Program-made: the position numbers and the translations under genes
Source: Bugula neritina
Taxonomy: Eukaryota > Animalia > Bryozoa
Direction: 5' to 3'
NCBI GenBank assembly: GCA_964035545.1
Contig: OZ037771.1
Coordinates: 6,171,190-6,235,189 of the forward strand
Length of the DNA: 64,000 bases
Part shown: positions 25,901-37,184 of the stretch, in pieces
Layout of the letters: every line of letters starts with the position of its first letter
How positions within the stretch are numbered: position 1 is the stretch's first letter
Notes under the pieces: generated by a model
The model's database searches: none
The model's input: only the letters and a program-made list of their open reading frames with translations
Told to the model about the DNA's origin: nothing

Positions 25901-28900
25901 ACATATACTGCGCTATAGATATCATAGTAGTATATTTAAGTATTATTAAGATATCAGATTTACCATGGTGATGGAAAAACTTCAAACTAGAAATATTGTC
26001 ATTTTAAATCATACAGCACGAGACAAATAGAAGTATGTCATGCGTACTTACTTTGATGTAGATGCACATGTAATACTTATTGTTGTGTAGATGTACATGT
26101 AATACTTATTGTTGTGTAGATGTACATGTGGCACTTACTGTGAAGTAGATACATATGTTGCATAATTATGACTCTCGCGCTGACACGCTACCATACAGAT
26201 TCTACTTGTCGCAGGAACGGGTATCTGCAGAGTAAAAGGAAGAGTTGTCTCAGACACACAGCCCTTCACCGCCACGTCTCCAGCACCAGCAGAGTGACTG
26301 TTTCCGGTTGTCGGAGATCCTGCAGAAACCAAGAGCATCTCTTAGGATGGCAAGTTGCCAGCTCCCACCATACTTTGCTAGAGATATGGCAACTAAAAGA
26401 GCTAGTTCAACTAGTACCCCTCAGACACACTTTGCCGTAATGTCAATAGCAACGTAAAATGTCAGCCATTCTTAGAAATGTCCGAGCTTTCTGTACGGCG
26501 TTGCGGCACGTCAGGATCAAGCACTGCCTGATTAAAAAAATTAATCGGGCTCCTATTGGACAGTAAGATGTTTACATCAACTCATTGAATATAAATGTCC
26601 AAGGAGGTGGCATAGATCTTACCCAATACCGGACATTAAGAATTTCAACCCGGACACGTTGAAAATGGATGACATTTGATGGTACCGTCAAAGCAACGGC
26701 AAAGTGTGAATCCGGCCATAGAGAGCATACCTTTCAGCTGAAATATGGCTATAGTGTTGTGTCCACCACACGTTTGTTCACTATCATCAGAACAGTGAGT
26801 GCTGCATCCGCCATCTTCTACTTTAGGGTACAAGCCGTAATCGTCATCACAGTAGCATTCGTCACTGTTAGCAAATAGGAATACAGTCAACATGAGGGTA
26901 GCGAATAGGAATACAGTTGGCATGGGATCAACGTATAGTAATAGCAATAGTAATATGCAAATCAGTAATATGTTAATCCTAGCTTATCAGTGTGCTAGCA
27001 ATGGGGTAGCATGGGGCTAGTAGTGCTTTAGCAATACGTTAGTATTGAGTTCGCAATGCATTGGCATTGTGGTAGCTTTGTATTAGCAGTGTGTTGGTAT
27101 TATAATAGCGCTGAGTCAACGCTATGATATCAATATTTCAAAGTTAGGGAAATATTAAGTTGACTTCCAGCTGGTGGGTGTGTTTACTTACACTTTCCAG
27201 TACTTCGGCCATCCAGTAAGTAAAGTATTTGCTTCAGTTTTCATGTATATGGTCTCAGCTCTGTATGTAGTCCAATGTCTATGTAGTCTCGTGTCTATGT
27301 AGTCCCATGTCCATGTAGTGTCATGTCTATGTAGTTCCATGTCTATGTAGTCTTATGTCTATGTAGTCTCATGTCTATGTAGTCTCATGTCTATGTAGTC
27401 TCATGTCTATGTAGTCTCATGTCTATGTAGTCTCATGTCTATGTAGTCTCATGTCTATGTAGTCTCATGTCTATGTAGTCTTATGTCTATGTAGTCTCAT
27501 GTCTATGTAGTCTTATGTCTATGTAGTCTTATGTCTATGTAGTCTTATGTCTATGTAGTCTCATGTCTATGTAGTCTAAGCTCTACCTAATGACTGCACA
27601 CTAATATAACGAATACAACACACGTAGTCTAGACTAACCCTGCGCTCAGGCCAGCATACAAAGTACCCTCCTCTTTACACAAGTGAAAGCAGATCTGTCT
27701 AGTCATCTGTCCCTTAGCAACCAACTTCTCCATGTGCCTCAGCTGGGTGTAGTCACGGTAACAGCCTAAATAAACTGCTTGAGGCTTGTGAGTCAGTTCT
27801 GAAACATATATAGATGCAGTTATAGATACATACTCAGACTTTCACTACCTCGAATGATTGTGCAGATGAATTTGTAGTTGCATTAACCTATGGTAGTGGT
27901 TTCAGTCGATTGACACTGTCCCCATGCATCTAATAAAAAATCCATTTGCATAATGCGAAGCATGGAGACGTAGTGATGTACACAGACATATTCATAGTCA
28001 CAGAGATACAACACTACTACATATTACATATTGCTGTTATTTCACACAAGCAGCCTTGACCCTCAAATTTAGTGCTGAATGCACCAAAAAGTGCATAAAT
28101 GTGCTAAAATGTGCTAAAATGTGCTAAATGTGCTAATAGTTGCACTAATGTGCTGAAAAGTGCTGAAAATTGCCCAAATGTGTTCAAGTGGGCTAAATGT
28201 GCTAATAGGTGCCCTAATGCACTGAAAAGTGCTCAAATGTGCCAAAAAGTGCCTAAATGTGTTGAAATATGTTAAATGTGCTAATAGTTGCCCTATAGTG
28301 CTGAAAAGTGCCCAAATGTGCGAAAAAGTGCCTAAATGCGTAAAATGTGCTAATAGGTGCCCTAATGCACTGAAAAGTGCCCAAATGTGCCAAAAAAGTG
28401 CCTAAATGTGACTAGTCCATATTCCGAAGGCCCATTGCTCCAAAGGCGCATTGCTCAGAAGGTGCATTGTTCCAAAGGTGCATTAGTCCAAAAACTAGTA
28501 GACGCGGGATTATATCACGGAGAATATCATAAATTTCGCTCACAATCTTGCCATATTATTGCTAGCTGTGGGTGGCATGTGAGTTGCCTTCTTGTGATTG
28601 CTTAGCCTGAGATTAAGCTATGAAGCTGCCTCAATTAGGGCTGCATCATCTATCAATATAGTAGTGTCCAACATGTTTATAATTTTTTGTCTTCAATGCT
28701 CATATTTACAGATATGAAGATTAATAGTTTAGCAGCTTACAGATAATTTTAAAGATAAAATGTGATAGCAAATAATTAACTGCAAAGCCAGAAATTTACT
28801 ATTGCATTCAATACCAATAATTTTTTGACTCCAACTTCAAATGCAACCTATTTTTATAAACTATGAGGTAAATCTTTACCGTGCTTATCATAATTACAGT

Positions 28901-31900
28901 ACAGTAGACGCAAAATGTTTGCTTGGCTTTAATGTTTTTACTTTAGTTTTTCAGTTTATAAATAGTCAACATGAAGGGCCTATATAAGCTGACTGACTGT
29001 AGCTAGAATAGAATTGCAGTCTCTAGCTGTCGTTTTTATATGAACTGTGAACTAAAAACACTAATTAAATGCTAGTAAATGATATAAAAATGGTCAAAAA
29101 CCAACATATCTGAGTAACATTCAGGAAAATTAATAAAGCCAACAACTGCCAAAACTTGAATGTTAAAGGGGTATAATAAGAAAAAACTGTAACGTTTATT
29201 GTGTGTAAGCCTTTTTCTATTGTGCCTAATATTTTTCAAGTGTTCTGCAGATAACAAACAAACTAATAAAAAAGGTTACAATTGACCTGTTGTATTGAAA
29301 CACAAAATTAAATAAATAATACATTTTATAAATGATATAATAATTTATAATGAATGTTTTCACATTATATTTAGCAAACATCAGTGTATCCTATATACAA
29401 AATTGACTTTTGTAATTGAACAAGCACTGCTACTCTGCAGGAAAGCTTCAAGTAAAACTATTAAGGCCAAAATAACAGTTGGGTGACTATCAAAATCTAA
29501 ACTTCATGCTTGTTATATAATTTGACTACCCAACAAAAATAGAGTAAGGCATGTATGATATTCTCAGTGATATAATCCTGTGTCAACTAATTTTCGGACT
29601 AATGCACCTTCGGAGCAATGGGCCTTCGGAATATTGCTCCTTCCCCCAAGCAAGCACTACTGACACATGTTTGAATTCTGAATGATATTTCATATGCATC
29701 ATATTTCCCAGGTTAAACATATTTGTAGTGTATAACTTGTAAAGCTGAAATGGTTCCAAAGTATTAAAATAGCTTGACTAGTAATTTAGATTTATATTAC
29801 TCTTAATGTGTAAATAATATCTATAAATTAAACTACGACATTTTCAATGCAGTAAACAGAGTTGAAGAATTTAAACTTCCTGACAACAGACTGAGCATAG
29901 CATGTAGGAAAGTTTTCGGTGAGCCCAGCAGCGCATATAGTCAGTACTGCTGACCAGGCAGCATGCTGACTACATCATGATGCCTGTGTCACACTGATGA
30001 CTTCACATTGTATGTCTTACCATGACAGAGGATGACTGAGAGACGAACAGACATCGTACTCAGACTCTCAGCTGCCTTAGCAGTAAACAGTTTGTTGTGG
30101 GAAGCAACTTTCACCAGAGAGTCTTTGTCAATTCCCTCTCCCACACCAACCACCATCACCACCGTCCCTTCACTCTTCAGCTTTTCTGCCTCTCTCACAG
30201 CTTCCTGGGCATCGCCCTGGGGCCCACCGTCAGTAAGTATTAAAACTGAAATCACAGGATATACATAAAAACTTAGTCTTTAATAAACCTTTAAACTCAC
30301 AACTTGAACACAAAATTGCTTTCCTAGAAACAAATGTCAACAGCTTAAATGTAAACAAATAGTCATTTCAATAAAGTAAATTTATTTTAAATTTCATCTT
30401 AAAAATTAATTCAAATAACATAACTGTTCATAGAATATATACATATTTTATATTTCAAGCAAGCAAATTCAAAGTTCATTTATTCTGCCAGAAGACAGGG
30501 ATGCGATACAATACACTGTATAGAGTAGCCCATGGCATGCAGACAACAGTACACTGCAGGTAGAAGAGACTGTAGTCTGACTAGCCAACAACATACCAAC
30601 ATGAGGTACGGATGACCTAGCTCCATTACTAGCAGTGAGTACATGCTGCCGAACTTTCACAAGAGCAGCATACACGTCGTCAGCATTCCCAACAGATGAG
30701 TCAAACTCGTAGTCCAGAACTATCTCTTGCAGGAATTTAGTGAGTGTTTGCTGATGGGAGTAAAACTCTGTTTCATCGAGTTGTATGATTGGTTCAGCCT
30801 TATAAGACACAGCACATGATTGGCTAGACAAGCTCAAGTTGGGCAGTGTGCATTATTAACTAGATGAAACATGTTAGATGACTGGTAATGACGCTAACAA
30901 ATCTTGTAACATAAAGGAATGAGTCTATTTGATAATGATTGCATCCTACCACTATACCGTAGATTTGCAATACAGAGACTCCACTATACAGTAAATATAT
31001 TCCACTATACGGTAAATATACTGATACTATACAGTAATATACTTCACTATACGGTAAATATACTGATACTATACAGTAATATACTCCACTATACGGTAAA
31101 TATACTGATACTATATACTAAATATACTCCACTATATGGTAAATATACTGATACTATACACTAAATATACAATACTAGATAGTGAATATAACCCGAATAG
31201 ACTAACCTGGTTATATGAGAGAAAGAGTAGAGCCACCCTAACATGATCCGTACTGTACTCCACAGAATTCACAATGTCAGCTATCAACTTCATTTTATAT
31301 CTGAACTGCAAAGCTACTTCGGCAGCTGATAGGTGTAAGTTTGGATTAATATCAACAACAAACACCACTTCGCCCACTGACTTGTGGCATGCTGCAATAC
31401 AGAAAACAACAACATTGTAACATAGAACATTGTGTGCTACTTATTACATATTTTAAACCATATTACATAGACTAGGGTGATAGAGAATGCAGGGGTGATA
31501 GTTACAAGTGAAACTGGAAAGAATATTAGTAAACCACTACTACACTATGTCTTAACTAAACAGTCCACTTTCAACCGTCATTTCTCTATAGATGAGTTAA
31601 AATCAGTAAGCAGGGTGTGTGTGTGTGTGTGTGTGCGCGCGCACGTGCGTGCGTGTGAAACTTTCTACATAATTATATATCAGTAAACTTACCATCATTA
31701 GAAAAATAAAGTTTTTTATTCAACCTACAGATTTAACAGACTTCAATAACTTTATATACAATGTAGGTATTGGAACAGTGGCCTTCAGCTACAGCATTCT
31801 GCTTATTTAAAATCGACTAGTTCTACAATTTTTAGATGGACATGTTTTTAATGAAATTACTCAAAATTTATAAAACTAAGTAATATGACCTATTTAGTAT

Positions 31901-34900
31901 TGAAGTATATAAGAAAGAAGTAAGTGGACTCACTAAAATAGCCAACACCAGTGTCATAGAGAGCATTCCTCGAGTAACCCCCACAGAACTGATACCTCCT
32001 GTCCTCTGCCTATATTCAACAGTTTGAGTTATGTTAAGGAAACTGAGGTTACATAATCAATGGCTATCCAAATTTAAAAATTGAAAATCACGTAAAGCAG
32101 CACCGAGTTAGTGGTCACTGAGTGCAGTGATTTGGAGATGAGAAAATAATGTGTGTAAGAGTACTGTACCCAGTCACCCCCAACTCGGTGCTGCTTCTAG
32201 CCATACTCAATCTAATCAAGAACAAGTCAAACAAGTCAAATACCATTGACAATATAGTTGAGCGTTGAATGCAACTAATTTTTTAGAAAAAACTTTTTAG
32301 TGTAAAAATGTACCAGTTACGAATAGGCAACGGTGTGTGACTTGATTTATGATTAAGCAGCAGTCTATGACTGAAGTTACAAGCACGAAGCGGTCTCTAC
32401 TGAAGTTACAAGTAAGAAGAAGTGTATGACTTGAGTTACAAACAAGAAGAACTTGAGTTGTAAGTACAAAGAGTACCTCCACTCTGCCACAGGAATCTAC
32501 ACACTCCACATCGTCAACTGCTCCAAACAAGCCAACTCTTTCAGCACAGTAACAGTTGAGCTCCAGCCCTCTGCTGTGGAGGTGTTTATTATCTGAACTT
32601 CTAGAATGTTACGCATACAGTTACTGGGAAGGCATATTATACAAAGGTTAGTATAATTGATAATATACCATACAACTATGATACACAGATAATTTCTAAC
32701 TATATTTACAACATAGTGCAGAAACGATTACATTTAATTTATAATGCGCTATGATAGAATATACTGCAATATATAATATACTGCTATAGAATGCACTGAT
32801 ATAGAATGTACTATTATATAATTTACTGCTGTAGTATTACATGCTATAGCATTACATGCTATAGAACATACTGCTATAGAATGTACTGTTATAAAATGTA
32901 ATGCTATAGCATGTACTGCTGTAGCTTATACTGTTATAGAAGTAACTGCTATAGAATAACCTACTTTATGCTAATTGCTGCCATCGGAGCATTAGTCAGC
33001 CTACATTGATGAATGCAACTCAAAACAGGCATAGACTGGTTTTGACGCTGAATACCAGTTATTTCTCTGTTGGCAGGAAACTCTCGGTAACACCCAATAT
33101 AAGGGGATTCGTCCAGGTCTAGAAACAAATGTAATTTATTGGCAGTACAGAAATATATAGAATAAAGTGATATGTTCAAGTCTAAATACACACCATATAC
33201 ATATTTTATAGACTTTACAAAAATATATAGATTATAGAATATAGAGCCTGCAGGTCAAAACCAACATAGTGCTGTTAACTTGTCAACAAATGAGTGATTT
33301 AGCAACTGTACATATAAATATATACAATAAAAAGTGATAAAAAATCCCAACTATTCTTTATTGTGTAAAAGCGCAATAATAATTTGAATAACTACCAATA
33401 ATTTGACGGTAGGCAACCTGATGGTCAGGGAACACAACTCTTGTATATCCTTCACATGTACTCGATCTTTGGTCACATGACTGAGTGATGTCATCGTATA
33501 CATAGCCACTATCACACAGCACTTCCTCTTGCTTACCTTCTTTACATAACAAGTACCTAATAAAGTAGTTGTAAACAGCTATGTGAGTGATTTACAACCA
33601 GCCATGATATGTACTTTGTATAATCATATGTTTATATTATATATAATATATATGTAATATAATATGTATTATATCATACACATATTATACTCATGGCTGT
33701 ATATAGTGCCTTTACCACTAACCTGAATATGCACCTTTTATATATAACAGCTATAACCTGCTATTGACCAAGCAAACCCTGAGCCTAATATATATTTCAG
33801 CAATTAGGCTAGCTTGTTGAGATGAATTTCTAGAAAAATCACTAACTTGGGATTTGTCCCTTCATTATCAGAAGTCAATAAGCGATCAATGACATAATTC
33901 CATGACTTATACTATATTATGTTTGATGCTGAAGTATTTGAGCTGAAACAGTTGCACCTGCCTGTCTACTCTACACCAGAAAAAATGTACAGCACCATGC
34001 TAATAAAATTATCCTCATACATTATCATACTGATTAGATTACAGTCATTATGTCACTTAAAATATGGGATATTATTTGTCACAAAATATCCACCATTCTC
34101 ACAACAAATGAGGTGACTGGTGTTTTAATATAGATGGTCAGTAATACACTTTTCCATAAAATATAGAAACAGTAAAGTCATTGGCAAATGTATTTAACCC
34201 CAAATTTTCTGTGACAAACAGTGAATATAACTAAAAAAGCATCTTTGTTAACTCAGAACAATTAAAAGAAACGAATTGACCAAAACAAGAATCAGTTATA
34301 ACATAACATATACCTGTCGCAATGACAGCAATGTTGAAAAATATATTGAGCATTGCCAGAAATGAAGCTTGGACAGTTTTTCATCCCATGAACACCAGTT
34401 GGGCAATCTGATAACACAGGCATTCACAAATTTGTTCATAAAATTGACAAGTAAATGTCAAACTATAATTTAGACAAAGAAGCTAAGAAGAGGTTCCCAT
34501 TTTTGTATACTATGACAAAAATTGGTAAGTTTAACCAAAGCTACATTACCATCTTAAGCAAGTTAAATTAAGTACACAACCTGCTTTAATTTTTAACATG
34601 AAAAAAGGTTTTAAACAAACAGTTGGTACCTAATACCCTTGAAAAATTGTAAATTGAATTATGTTGAAAAGTAAAATACATCAAAAAATAAAATCATAGT
34701 AGGTATGCATTAAAATCAGACAACAAAGCCTCTCAAAAATATTTGATAATGTATTCTCAAGATTCATCTTTTAAGTAATTGGTTAGTAAAAGTTCATGTT
34801 TAAACATGAGAATGCCTGTTTTGTGTAACAAGATTTATCAAGTTACAAACTAGTTATAATATGTTGCATCAATATAATGAGAATAATGTGATCAGAATAT

Positions 34901-35054
34901 TATGTACTTTGACATGAAACAGAATATGTAAATTCTCACCTTCCTTTTCGTCAAATTCGCAGGCAAATAAATATTTCATCAGCAAAAATTGAGCAGCTAA
35001 CAAAAGGCAGCCTTCTCTTGTCAGCTTCCCCATATAGAAGATTTTAAGGCACAT
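1507..35054 (-). CDS. Giant type I transmembrane protein (~4,200 aa): signal peptide, CBM14 chitin-binding, WSC, vWA, WSC, WSC-like, ~85-90 EGF/cbEGF repeats, TM, short cytoplasmic tail
   Basis: About 42 GT-AG coding exons, phase-compatible at the junctions I checked. Signal exon 35054 (or 35033)-34940. CBM14 34407-34314 and 33556-33396. WSC 33118-32965, 32570-32477, 32009-31934. vWA 31391-31207, 30798-30597, 30245-30021. WSC 27798-27639, 26864-26731. WSC-like 26319-26139, 25068-24901. Linker 24312-24227. EGF exons 23923-20102, giant exon 19555-12908, then 17 small EGF exons from 12425 to 4121. TM exon 3592-3484 ([25 protein letters not shown]). Tail exons 2708-2642 and 1557-1507 ([39 protein letters not shown]). 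Repeat count is estimated from coding length at ~38 aa per repeat. Confidence 0.85.
3897..4130. repeat. ~37-bp minisatellite (~6 copies) derived from an exon/5' splice-site junction
   Basis: Unit is approximately ctgggtttagagaagacaactactatataggttatac. The first copy overlaps the donor of the last EGF exon at 4120/4121. Confidence 0.85.
4350..4710 (+). mobile_element. tRNA-headed SINE, copy 1 (degraded head, longer body)
   Basis: Shares ttggtgatgttaagaagagcatccagtcataattgctcctgtgcca-atatgaataagtccttagc and the 3' segment tctcacagagat-g-gactataa with the copies at 51035-51230 and 59530-59730. Confidence 0.8.
7340..7472. repeat. ~31-bp minisatellite duplicating a 3' splice site plus the exon start
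   Basis: Unit acctgtaacatagtgtcacatgtgtatgagt, ~4 copies, continuous with the acceptor at 7364/7365. Confidence 0.85.
10195..10390. repeat. 22-bp minisatellite (~9 copies) duplicating a 3' splice site
   Basis: Unit ctatctacctgtataacagata, which reads ttatacag|GTAGAT on the minus strand. The functional acceptor is the copy at 10202/10203. Confidence 0.88.
12908..19555 (-). CDS. Single 6,648-bp internal exon encoding ~2,216 aa (~56 tandem EGF repeats) of the giant EGF gene
   Basis: Lies within the 2293-aa ORF 12792..19673. Acceptor ctacag|GT at 19555 and donor G|gtatgt at 12908, phase 1-1. Repeats follow the D(I/V)(N/D)ECxSxPCxNGGxCxDxxxx(F/Y)xCxCxxG(F/Y)xGxxC pattern. Confidence 0.92.
22851..23170. 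repeat. 320-bp polypurine/polypyrimidine tract: (GA)n, (GGGAGA)n, (GGGGGA)n
   Basis: Almost entirely A/G on the plus strand, with a single T near 23052. Confidence 0.97.
23585..23725. repeat. ~35-bp AT-rich minisatellite, ~4 copies
   Basis: Unit atattatataatatagccctatgatactatatat. Confidence 0.9.
25289..25812. mobile_element. hAT-type MITE (non-autonomous DNA transposon)
   Basis: TIRs CAGGGTTGAGGTCAATT and AATTGCCCCAACCCTG. Flanking 8-bp target-site duplication caatatat (25281-25288) and caatatac (25813-25820). Internal aattacaattac subterminal repeats in both orientations. No ORF. Confidence 0.85.
26417..26717. mobile_element. ~300-bp MITE with imperfect TIRs, possibly PIF/Harbinger-like
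   Basis: Left cacactttgccgt...aaatgtcagccatt and right aatggatgacattt...acggcaaagtgtg are inverted copies. The right end reads GGCCGGATTCACACT on the minus strand. TSD not clear. Confidence 0.6.
26731..27798 (-). other. WSC carbohydrate-binding domain (best conserved of three WSC or WSC-like modules)
   Basis: YLGCYRD...[32 protein letters not shown]...[22 protein letters not shown] matches the WSC consensus. Related modules at 31934-33118 (YIGCY...CYC...CGG) and 24901-26319 (degenerate). Confidence 0.88.
27262..27577. repeat. 16-bp minisatellite, ~19 copies
   Basis: Unit atgtctatgtagtct(c/t). Confidence 0.95.
28072..28410. repeat. Degenerate ~10-bp satellite (aaa(t/a)gtgc(t/c)) with higher-order structure
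   Basis: Runs of aaatgtgcta, aaaagtgcct and taatagttgc units. Confidence 0.85.
28419..29634. mobile_element. ~1.2-kb non-autonomous TIR element with ~100-bp inverted termini
   Basis: The left end atattccgaaggcccattgctcc...gcattagtccaaaaactagtagacgcgggattatatcacggagaatatcata is the reverse complement of 29555-29634 (tatgatattctcagtgatataatcctgtgtcaactaattttcggactaatgcaccttcggagcaatgggccttcggaatat). The interior is AT-rich and non-coding. Confidence 0.85.
30021..31391 (-). other. von Willebrand factor A domain with a degenerate MIDAS
   Basis: [17 protein letters not shown] ... VRVALL ... [22 protein letters not shown] ... [30 protein letters not shown] shows the classic vWA strand/helix pattern. 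The DxSxS motif is replaced by DINPN. Confidence 0.85.
30975..31165. repeat. ~40-bp minisatellite in a vWA intron
   Basis: Unit atactccactatacggtaaatatactgatactatacagta, ~5 copies. Confidence 0.88.
32755..32956. repeat. Degenerate ~15-bp minisatellite
   Basis: Repeated tactgctatagaatg-like units adjoining the donor at 32964. Confidence 0.75.
33396..34407 (-). other. Peritrophin-A/CBM14 chitin-binding domain at the N-terminus of the giant EGF protein
   Basis: The spliced sequence [56 protein letters not shown] fits CBM14 six-Cys spacing (C..C..Y..C..G....C..G..(F/Y)D....C....C). Confidence 0.7.
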
Positions 35055-37184
35055 GAGTTCAGTACATCTTTGCTATATAATATTAAAACTTATGGTCACC
35101 TTAAATTTGTTTAAAATATGAACATTCTGTTTAAAAAGAACAAAGTTTCATGACGCTTCAAGTGACAACAAGATAAAAATTAGGAGTAAACAATTAGCAG
35201 CCTATAATTACTGATCCATTTTACAGTTTATCTAAGGTTTATCAGCACTGTTTTCTAACAGATCAATTAAATTTGCAAAGTATTTGAGAGTAGTACTAAT
35301 AATCTCACTATGCAATAAAAAATACACTTAGTCAAAACTTAGCATTATTATGATGGTTATGTACAACAGAAATCTAAACTTATAAATGATTATCCATAAT
35401 GATAATCACAATTATCCTGATAGTCAAACTCAATCTCATAGTTATAGTGCATATATATCATTTTTATTTTCTGCCTAAAAATCAATACTCATAATCATAA
35501 TGTATTTACACTCGCACAAATACATTTGTGAGAGAAAATACCTACAGTGCCCAAGATGTTGCTGACCTATGTCTTATGGTGATTATAATGTTGTAACTAT
35601 CACTGGGATCACCATAATGATAATGATTATGCATAATAATTAGTATAATTGCCAATATGATCACTATAACTATTATAAAACACAATTACATATTGATATA
35701 GATTATAGACATACATTAGGCTTAGCATTTAGTTCATATAGCTATTTAATTTTTTTATATCATTACAATCATACTACAAATCCAATAATTATAGTATTTT
35801 TTTATATTTTAATTATAACATTGATATATAATTATTTATTACAATAATAATTCAAATCATAGCATCCTTGTAGGCTTTAAATGCATTAGATTTAGCATAA
35901 ATGTATTATTTATTCATTTTCCTGAGTTCCTAAAAGCAAAAATATTTCTAAGAGAATATTTACAATTATAGTAATACTAATTCTTATTCTAATTGTAACA
36001 GTAACACCGACGGTTAAACTTAAATTTAATGATCATCACCATGAGCTAGTTAGCAGCAATACACTGAATTTAGTTTTCTAGTTTCAATTGCTGTTTCAAC
36101 TGACAGAATACACAATACAGTAAATATCTTGTGTGCGCTTACAGAAACTAAAATTCAAAACATAAACTTCAAGTTCAAATTCTAGTTTGAGTTTCAGTCT
36201 GACAGTGCCAGCAGCCAGGGTCCGTTCAAAGTGACATCAGCAACACGCTCACAGTAAATGTGATCCGACACTTGGTTTAGTATTTCTATCAAATTCATCT
36301 AATGATTCATTTCCCTTGAAGCCATTGTCATTGTAAATATCAACTTTAATTATTTAAATTCAGGCGATGAGATTTAGGCACTCTTCTGACTCAAAAGCGA
36401 AGGTCGTCCACAAGTTTTTACTGTTTAAAACCTAGCGCGCTGATCATCAATGTGTATTCTGACAAAAAAGCATGCCCTCGTCTTCATAAAGAAGAAAACA
36501 ACTCTTAACTTTCTTTACGTCACAAAATACATAAAGTAAGGTGAACTCTTCTAATCGGAATTAGGAGTTATTTAACCTACAATTTTTCAAGATGTAAGTT
36601 TTTGTAAAGAGATTCAATTTTAAACAATTATCTTTTGTTTCCGTAAGTTGTTATTGAGCGATTAACAAAACAGCTTTCACTTTCACTTTGGCAGTGATTT
36701 TAGTTGCATTCACATTGGTTTTGGCACTGAAATTATTATTTGGCACCCTACGGTCATTTGTTCAATGTGATAATCATAATAGTAGTAAAATACTAAAACC
36801 GAATAACTATAAGTATAAGGAATAACCATCGCTGTCAGTGCCACAGCAAAGCCAAAAGGACAAAGGCTCAGGCTGTGACTTCAATTTTGACTTCAATTTG
36901 AAATTTAAATTATCATTATGGGGAAGAAACCTAAAATTGGTTGTATTGTATCAACCCTGTGCTTTGTGGCTTTTACAGCTACTATATACTATGAATTTTT
37001 GTCTCACCATAGTATCGAAGGGAAACTTGGACTGTTTAAAGGAGGTTAGTACCCACTACAAAATTCTAACTAAAATAATTAATATAACATTAACTATAAC
37101 TATAAGTATAAGTAATATAAATATCTGAGCAAAGGTTAAAGTGACACTCATAGTCACAGTGATAATCATATTCATATTGATATT

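Noticed and set aside
1507-35054. Calling the giant EGF gene Notch, Delta/Jagged, Crumbs, Eyes shut or fibropellin
   Set aside because: No LNR/NOD/ankyrin, DSL, laminin-G, CUB or avidin domain was found. The tail lacks the Crumbs GxYxP and ERLI motifs; DTWST is only vaguely similar.
35540-35570. Possible small coding exon (VSNILGTV) at the 5' end of the giant gene
   Set aside because: The exon at 35054-34940 already supplies the ATG and signal peptide in the correct phase. This segment is at most a 5' UTR exon.
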